Source of the DNA: Clostridia bacterium
GTDB lineage: Bacteria; Bacillota; Clostridia; Christensenellales; UBA1242
Direction: 5' to 3'
Assembly (NCBI GenBank): GCA_016297845.1
Contig: JAEDFV010000001.1
Span: 80-64,079, forward strand
Length of the DNA: 64,000 bases
Part shown: one piece after another, positions 58,753 to 64,000 of the stretch
Numbering within the stretch: position 1 is the stretch's first letter
How the letters are laid out: each line of letters opens with the position of its first letter
Program-made: the position numbers and the translations under genes
Notes under the pieces: generated by a model
The model's database searches: none
What the model was told of the DNA's origin: nothing
The model's input: only the letters and a program-made list of their open reading frames with translations

Positions 58753-59589
58753 CTATTCTTTTCCCAGCACTTTTTCTGTTACATTGACAATAAATTCAAT
58801 ATTCCCAATCTTTGGAATAGCAACAGTGTAATCTATTTTTCTACTTTTGGGTTCTGTTATTTCGCCATTAATAAAATAATTATAAAGACCAGTAGAATAT
58901 CCATATTCTTCAGAATCTGTTGTTATATCAATTCCATAGGAGATTGATTTAGATTCTTCATAATATTTTCTTGTGAACACATACAAATCTTTTTCAATAG
59001 GTTTGTTATTTTTTGTGAACGCCCAACCAACAAAGGTCTTTCCCGATTCACGAGTGTGGTTAATAATTATTTTACCCGAAGAATCAACTGTTTTGTCTGC
59101 GCTTGCACCATTTGTTTCTCCAAACACACCAACTTTTCCTATGCTCATATCTCCTGCATCTTCATAAACTCTTATATTTATAACTTTGTCTCCGGCCTCA
59201 ATTTTTGTCAGTCCACCTTTTGCTTCAACATATAAAGTTGGCAAAGCAATAAACAATTTTCCATCTTCAAGCTTCCAAATTGGCGCAGAAATAAAATTGT
59301 TGTTTCCAACACTAAACTTATAGTCAACATCTTTCTTATATATGACATTGTTGATTGTTATTGCTGATAGTTCGTTTATCTCATTATCTTCGACTTGAAC
59401 ATAGAAATTATCATCAGAAACTTTTTCAAGTTCTGAATTTTCTGCCTTGTTATAATATGTTTCTACAAGTGTTGCAGAAATAGTTGCACATTCTTCAATT
59501 AAATTCTTATCTATTGTTAGATTTTCACACCCAGTAAAACAGAGAGGAATAAACAAAAATAATAATAAAATTGACAATATTTTTTTCAT
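58753..59589 (-). CDS. hypothetical lipoprotein
   Basis: Signal peptide MKKILSILLLFLFIPLCFTGC with lipobox FTGC. I recognise no family. Confidence 0.6.
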   Translation of the reverse strand: MKKILSILLLFLFIPLCFTGCENLTIDKNLIEECATISATLVETYYNKAENSELEKVSDDNFYVQVEDNEINELSAITINNVIYKKDVDYKFSVGNNNFISAPIWKLEDGKLFIALPTLYVEAKGGLTKIEAGDKVINIRVYEDAGDMSIGKVGVFGETNGASADKTVDSSGKIIINHTRESGKTFVGWAFTKNNKPIEKDLYVFTRKYYEESKSISYGIDITTDSEEYGYSTGLYNYFINGEITEPKSRKIDYTVAIPKIGNIEFIVNVTEKVLGKE

Positions 59590-59674
59590 AGTACGATTGT
59601 TTCCTAAAATTTTTACATTAAACTCTTTTCTTTTTTAAATTCTTGTGATATTATCTTCATCAAGGAGAACAATT

Positions 59675-60562
59675 ATGACAAAGAAAAAACCTTGGTGGGT
59701 AAAATTATTAATATCATTACTTAGTTTAGTATTGGTTGTTGCAATTGCAATAGGTGGAGTTTATTTTTATGCTAAAAGTAAATTTGGAATAGACATTTTC
59801 CAAACAATTTCTCAACTTAAAATAATGGCACAAGACGTTGATGAAGCAACAATGTTCACAAACAAATTTACAGAAGAAGATATGAAATCTGCAAAAGAAA
59901 CTGTAAATGAAAAAGCAAAAGATGTGATTGCATATAATGAAACCGACGGCTATTCTATCACCACAAGCGGTTTGACATCAGAATCTAATTTAACAGGCGA
60001 AATAAAATTAACTGACAAACAAGTTGGGGCTGTTCTTAACACAATAATCAATGGCAGCGAAAGTGATTTAAAAATAAATTTTGGAAGTTATGAAATTTCA
60101 ATTGAAATTATACAAATTAAATTTGAACAATTAGACATTGAAAATAATACTGCCGACGTAAACATTGTGTTGAAGCTTGACATTTCGGCAATAAAAAATT
60201 CAATGAATTCTTTCCCTTTAAGCCTTTTCAATAAATATATTCCTAAAACTTTGTATATCTCTTCTACATGCACAGTAACAAAAGGTTCTAACCCATTTGA
60301 ATATAACGTACAAGGAAAATCTCTTACAATAAATAAATTAGACAAAACACAATCTGAAAATATTGTGAAGGTTCTAGATTTGGTTACAAAAATTGGAACT
60401 TCAACTCAACTTTGCGAAACACTCTGCACACCTATGATTGATGCAATAATTGGAAATGAAACCAACTCAGGATTTGCATATTCATTAAAATCACTAGGAG
60501 CAAAGGACTATGCTTTTGAAACAGTTTCCGAAACGATTTATTTTGTAATAAAGGTTGCATAA
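59675..60562 (+). CDS. hypothetical N-terminally membrane-anchored protein
   Basis: SD AAGGAGAA before ATG 59675. A single N-terminal TM helix (WWVKLLISLLSLVLVVAIAIGGVYFY). Confidence 0.55.
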   Translation: MTKKKPWWVKLLISLLSLVLVVAIAIGGVYFYAKSKFGIDIFQTISQLKIMAQDVDEATMFTNKFTEEDMKSAKETVNEKAKDVIAYNETDGYSITTSGLTSESNLTGEIKLTDKQVGAVLNTIINGSESDLKINFGSYEISIEIIQIKFEQLDIENNTADVNIVLKLDISAIKNSMNSFPLSLFNKYIPKTLYISSTCTVTKGSNPFEYNVQGKSLTINKLDKTQSENIVKVLDLVTKIGTSTQLCETLCTPMIDAIIGNETNSGFAYSLKSLGAKDYAFETVSETIYFVIKVA

Positions 60563-60595
60563 AAAAACTCGAACTTGATGTTCGAGTTTTTATTA
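60563..60595. terminator. bidirectional terminator
   Basis: A-run, stem CTCGAAC / GTTCGAG (60568-60574 / 60580-60586), then a T-run. Confidence 0.6.
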
Positions 60596-60597
60596 TC

Positions 60598-60825
60598 TTA
60601 GACATTTAAAATTCTGCAAATGCGTTTTTGAGCAAGCATGAAAATTAAATCAAGAATCCACATGATAAATCCAAGACCAATTAATCTGATAATTCCAGCA
60701 ACAATTTTGCCTTCTTTAAATCTTGTCAATGCTCCCAAAATCCAAGCGGTAACAGGTATTATCGCAAGAATAACGCTTATAACATAGCCAAGTCCAAAAT
60801 AATCTCTTTTCCCTGATTTTGCCAT
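60598..60825 (-). CDS. small (75 aa) two-helix membrane protein
   Basis: SD GGAGGG upstream. Two hydrophobic helices. Confidence 0.5.
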   Translation of the reverse strand: MAKSGKRDYFGLGYVISVILAIIPVTAWILGALTRFKEGKIVAGIIRLIGLGFIMWILDLIFMLAQKRICRILNV

Positions 60826-60924
60826 TGTCCTTCCCTCCTCTCTGGAGAGATTATACTACATATTTCAACAAAAAGAAAATAAATGATTGTAATTTTTTCA
60901 AAATTTTAGTTTGTTTAAACATAA

Positions 60925-60948
60925 AATAAAAAACACGCCCAGGCGTGT
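60925..60948 (-). terminator. terminator after tRNA-Arg
   Basis: Minus strand ACACGC-ctgg-GCGTGT, followed by TTTTTTATTTT, starting 4 nt after the tRNA 3' end. Confidence 0.6.
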
Positions 60949-60951
60949 AGT

Positions 60952-61028
60952 TGGTGCGTCCTGAGGGATTCGAACCCCCGACCTTTGGTTCCGTAGACCA
61001 ACGCTCTATCCAGCTGAGCTAAGAACGC
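60952..61028 (-). tRNA. tRNA-Arg (anticodon ACG)
   Basis: 77-nt cloverleaf. Acceptor GCGTTCT / AGGACGC plus A-CCA. D-arm TAGCTCAGCTGGATAGAGC. Anticodon loop CTACGGA. T-loop TTCGAAT. Confidence 0.9.
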
Positions 61029-61092
61029 ATAATCGATTTTCAAATTGGACTTGAAAGGGAGGTGTATTATCCAATCTGAAATCAACTTTGTT

Positions 61093-61121
61093 ATTATAAA
61101 CAAAAAAGCAGTTTTTGTCAA
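61093..61121 (-). promoter_or_regulatory. consensus promoter for tRNA-Arg, nested in the upstream terminator
   Basis: Minus strand TTGACA (61121-61116), 17-nt spacer, TATAAT (61098-61093). Confidence 0.45.
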
Positions 61122-61127
61122 CTGCTT
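61099..61127 (-). terminator. terminator after the 767-aa ORF
   Basis: Minus strand AAGCAGTT-gacaaa-AACTGCTT, followed by a T-rich run. Confidence 0.6.
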
Positions 61128-61158
61128 TCTTTTATTTATTTTAAATTTATTATGAGCT

Positions 61159-63462
61159 TTATTCACGTCCAGTGTCAGTATTGTGTGTTGGTTTATATGT
61201 ACCATTATCAATTGCTTCTTGCTTTTGCTTCTCTGTTTCCCTGTTCAGTCTTGCAATATATTCCTCTAAATCATTAGGATTTTTGTCTTTAGCATTTGAT
61301 GGGGTAAATTCGGCCGCGTTTGCAAGTGCATTTGAAACTCTTTCAGTTACATTGTTTTGCCCTTCAGGATTTTCTTCAGAAATTGGTTCTCCTTCTTCAA
61401 CTGACACTTCAGATGTAATATCTGCTTCAAAACTATTTTGTTCAGCATTTTCAGTTACTTCAGGATTCTCTTCTATTGTGGTTTCATTATCAGATTGTCC
61501 CTCAGATTGTCCCTCAGATTGTTCCTCTTGGTTTTCTTCTGTTAAAACTTCGTTATGAGCATAAGTTTCCGTTTGTTCATCATTATTTGTTATTGAATCG
61601 TTAATAGTTTGACCTGAACTTCCGTCTTGACTGTCATCTGGAGATGCACTGTGGTCTTTTTCTTTTGCTTTCTTTTCTTTTCTTCTAACTCGCCTTGCTT
61701 TTCGTTCATTACGTTTTTCTTTACGTTTTTCTTTACGTTTTTCTTTACGTTTTTCTTTACGAGCCTCACGGTCTTTTGTTCTGTCTTTTGACTTAGATTT
61801 TGAAGGTTTTTCTTCATCTATTTCCCTAAGCACTTGTAGTTTGCCTGCCCCGGCATCGGCAACAACTTCTGTTGACAAAATTGTTCCCATACCTATCGCC
61901 AAAGAACCAAAAGCAAAACACATTGAAATAAGCCCTGCAAGTCCTGCAAGAAGGGAAATCATAACAAACGCACCCAACATTATTCCCATTCCCCAATATT
62001 TTGCTTTTGGAGATGTAACAGCATATCTTTTCTCTGAAGGACTGTTTTTCTTCGTTTCTTGTTTTTCTTCGTTTCGTTGTTCAACTACAGTTTGTTCTTG
62101 GACGTTTTGTTCATGTTGATTATGTGGGTTTTCTGTTTCGTGTTCTGATTTTTGAGTTTTCTCAACTTCGCCTGAAACACCTTCTAAGTCCTGTTCCGAA
62201 GTTTGTTCTTCCGAAACAAATCCTTGTGAAGTTTCGTCTGGCTTTACGACATCTTCAAGGTTTCCATCACCTTCATTTTTTGCCCCAGTCGTTTCTTCTT
62301 CAACTACAGGTGTTCCAGATTCTTGTTCTGAAGCTTCGTCTTTAGATCTATCAATTTCTTGGTCTTTCAATTTCTCTTCATCAATAGAAAAATTAAAATC
62401 TTGTTTTAAATCTTTTATTTCAACAGGCACAGATTGATAATTCCCAGCAAGAGGATTTGTTAGGTCAATATGCTTACCCAAGCTGCCAAGTATTTGATTT
62501 TTTTCTGCATAATGATAAAGTTTACTTAACGCTTCTCCATCCAACTTAGGAATTAAACAAGCAGTATCATTTCCAACAGAATCTTTTTCTTTTTGTTTAC
62601 TCTTTTTGTTAGGAATTAAATCCGAAACAACATTGAACTTAACTTGGTCAAAATTTTCTAATAAATTGTCAACTTCTCTTCCGCTTACAGTCTTTATTTC
62701 ATTTCTTATATCTGTAACAGTTTTTGCACTATCAGATTTAAGGCAAAATTTAAGCTTTGATGATAGTTGTGCAACAATAGGGTTGTTATTTTTGTTTAAA
62801 ACATAAATGTAAGTTACTTTTTTATCAGCTGACTTTGATGACTTTGTGGAATGTGGATTATCTATTGTAACTAATCTTAGTTTTTTGTTCTCACCATCCG
62901 CCGCCAAATCAAGAGATAAAGCATCAATATTGTTCTTTTTAAATATTTCTGGATTATTTGCAATTATATCAATAGCTTGCACAGGAAGATCTTTAACAAT
63001 TATTTTGCCAGATGCAATGTCATTGAGATAGTTGTTTGATAAACTTATATTAGCAGGGCTATCATATTTTAAATTAAGGCTTTCTTTTGCTTCACCCGTG
63101 CCTTTTGTGATATTTAAACTTGTTGCATCTAGGTTTAATTTTAACCCTTCAGCTTTTAATGAAAATTTAAAGTCCTTTTTAATTTCAAACTTAGATAATG
63201 GAATGTTTACAAAATCTTCATCTATTTCAACATCTTTAATTTTATTGTCTGCAAAAAAAGTTTCCAACTTTTTTTCTTCGTCTTTTTTAATAGAAACAAA
63301 TTTGTTCCCTTTTTTGTCAACAACAACTTTAACTCTATCAGAGCCATCACGATTTATAAAGTCATAATTTGTTTCATTATTTTCCGAAAAAAGAACTTTA
63401 AACTTTACATTGCTTTCGGGTTTATTGTTCAAAACTTCAAAACCATTTTCAAAAGCTGTCAT
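61159..63462 (-). CDS. hypothetical 767-aa membrane protein with K/R-rich and acidic low-complexity regions
   Basis: SD AAGGGGGAA. No signal peptide. Hydrophobic pair around YWGMGIMLGAFVMISLLAGLAGLISMCFAFGSLAIGMGTIL. Then (KEKR)n and an E/Q/S-rich tail. Confidence 0.65.
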   Translation of the reverse strand: MTAFENGFEVLNNKPESNVKFKVLFSENNETNYDFINRDGSDRVKVVVDKKGNKFVSIKKDEEKKLETFFADNKIKDVEIDEDFVNIPLSKFEIKKDFKFSLKAEGLKLNLDATSLNITKGTGEAKESLNLKYDSPANISLSNNYLNDIASGKIIVKDLPVQAIDIIANNPEIFKKNNIDALSLDLAADGENKKLRLVTIDNPHSTKSSKSADKKVTYIYVLNKNNNPIVAQLSSKLKFCLKSDSAKTVTDIRNEIKTVSGREVDNLLENFDQVKFNVVSDLIPNKKSKQKEKDSVGNDTACLIPKLDGEALSKLYHYAEKNQILGSLGKHIDLTNPLAGNYQSVPVEIKDLKQDFNFSIDEEKLKDQEIDRSKDEASEQESGTPVVEEETTGAKNEGDGNLEDVVKPDETSQGFVSEEQTSEQDLEGVSGEVEKTQKSEHETENPHNQHEQNVQEQTVVEQRNEEKQETKKNSPSEKRYAVTSPKAKYWGMGIMLGAFVMISLLAGLAGLISMCFAFGSLAIGMGTILSTEVVADAGAGKLQVLREIDEEKPSKSKSKDRTKDREARKEKRKEKRKEKRKEKRNERKARRVRRKEKKAKEKDHSASPDDSQDGSSGQTINDSITNNDEQTETYAHNEVLTEENQEEQSEGQSEGQSDNETTIEENPEVTENAEQNSFEADITSEVSVEEGEPISEENPEGQNNVTERVSNALANAAEFTPSNAKDKNPNDLEEYIARLNRETEKQKQEAIDNGTYKPTHNTDTGRE
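61491..61526. repeat. 12-nt x3 tandem repeat (encodes SEGQ repeats)
   Basis: cagattgtccct x2, then cagattgttcct. Confidence 0.85.
61711..61758. repeat. perfect 12-nt x4 tandem repeat (encodes KEKR x4)
   Basis: acgtttttcttt repeated four times without mismatch. Confidence 0.9.
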
Positions 63463-63585
63463 CTTGTTCCCCCTTTTAATTTATACAATATTCTATCATC
63501 AGCATACTTTTTTGTCAATAGCAAATTATCAAATTTATTATGTAACAAATGTTTAAAATAATAATTTTTTGACAACAATTGTTTC

Positions 63586-64000
63586 ATGAAACGCATCATC
63601 ATAACATTTGTATTAATACTTATTCTTGGTGGCATTGCAACATTTGGCATTTTAAACCAAAAGAACTCTTCAGCAAACTCAGAATATTTACGAATTCATA
63701 TTCGGGCAAATTCAAACTCAGAAATTGACCAAAATGTAAAATATCAAGTTCGCGACGCTGTTGTTGAAGCAATGATTCCTTTCCTTTCCGAATGCACTAC
63801 AAAAAAAGAAGCTGAAAGAATAATTGAAAGCAATTTCTCATACATAGAAGGAATAGCAAATTCTGTGCTCCTAAAAAATGGATTTACATATACTTCAAAA
63901 GCACGCCTGGCAAATGAAGAATTCCCAACCAGAAGTTATGACGGAATTGTTTTTGAACAAGGTTTTTACGACGCCTTAATTCTAGACTTAGGAAATGGCG
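63586..64000 (+). CDS. spoIIR: stage II sporulation protein R (partial; runs off the window)
   Basis: Not in the ORF track. My translation gives MKRIIITFVLILILGG..., then EYLRIHIRANSNSEIDQNVKYQVRDAVVEAM and FPTRSYDGIVFEQGFYDALILDLGNG. This matches the SpoIIR pattern (LRxHVxANSDSxxDQxxKxxVRD, FPxKxY..LPAGxYxAL). Confidence 0.7.
   Translation, partial: MKRIIITFVLILILGGIATFGILNQKNSSANSEYLRIHIRANSNSEIDQNVKYQVRDAVVEAMIPFLSECTTKKEAERIIESNFSYIEGIANSVLLKNGFTYTSKARLANEEFPTRSYDGIVFEQGFYDALILDLGNG

Noticed and set aside
60915-61211. 98-aa minus-strand ORF from the track
   Set aside because: It completely overlaps tRNA-Arg, its terminator and its promoter region, so it is an artefact of ORF calling.

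Overview
Low-GC (roughly one-third GC) Firmicute-type chromosomal segment. It uses the standard genetic code: TGA is a genuine stop, for example at mutS. A partial spoIIR at the right edge suggests an endospore former. All calls rest on motif recall and manual inspection; no database search was run.

Left 16 kb, all on the minus strand: tRNA-Pro, a ynbB-like PLP lyase, miaA, mutL, mutS, a small membrane protein, a miaB-like methylthiotransferase with no TRAM domain, rpoC and rpoB.

Centre, 15,980-44,677 (about 45% of the window): three co-directional giant ORFs of 3634, 2707 and 3215 aa. They are built from Ig-like N-terminal domains and many GLUG-type beta-helix repeats (GG[IVL]VGxNxGxIxN). 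The first and third carry lipoprotein signal peptides. The second has no signal peptide and is separated from the first only by one in-frame TGA, so together they may form one protein of about 6,340 aa.

Right 19 kb: a ttcA-like PP-loop gene, gyrB / small MazG-like ORF / gyrA, cca, valS, GT4 and GT8 glycosyltransferases, several membrane proteins and lipoproteins, tRNA-Arg, a 767-aa low-complexity membrane protein, and spoIIR (partial).

The most striking observation is a complete 805-bp IS1-family insertion sequence at 38,763-39,567. It has an intact single-ORF transposase, GGT-initiated inverted repeats and a perfect 8-bp target-site duplication. It lies inside the 3634-codon giant ORF on the opposite strand, yet it does not interrupt that ORF. 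IS plus duplication equals 813 bp, which is 271 codons. The transposase codons are exactly registered with the host codons, and the antisense frame is stop-free.

Other points worth a second look:
- three candidate leaderless genes
- an intrinsic-terminator-like hairpin in the rpoB leader
- tandem duplications inside the giant genes
- a Zn-peptidase homologue lacking HExxH
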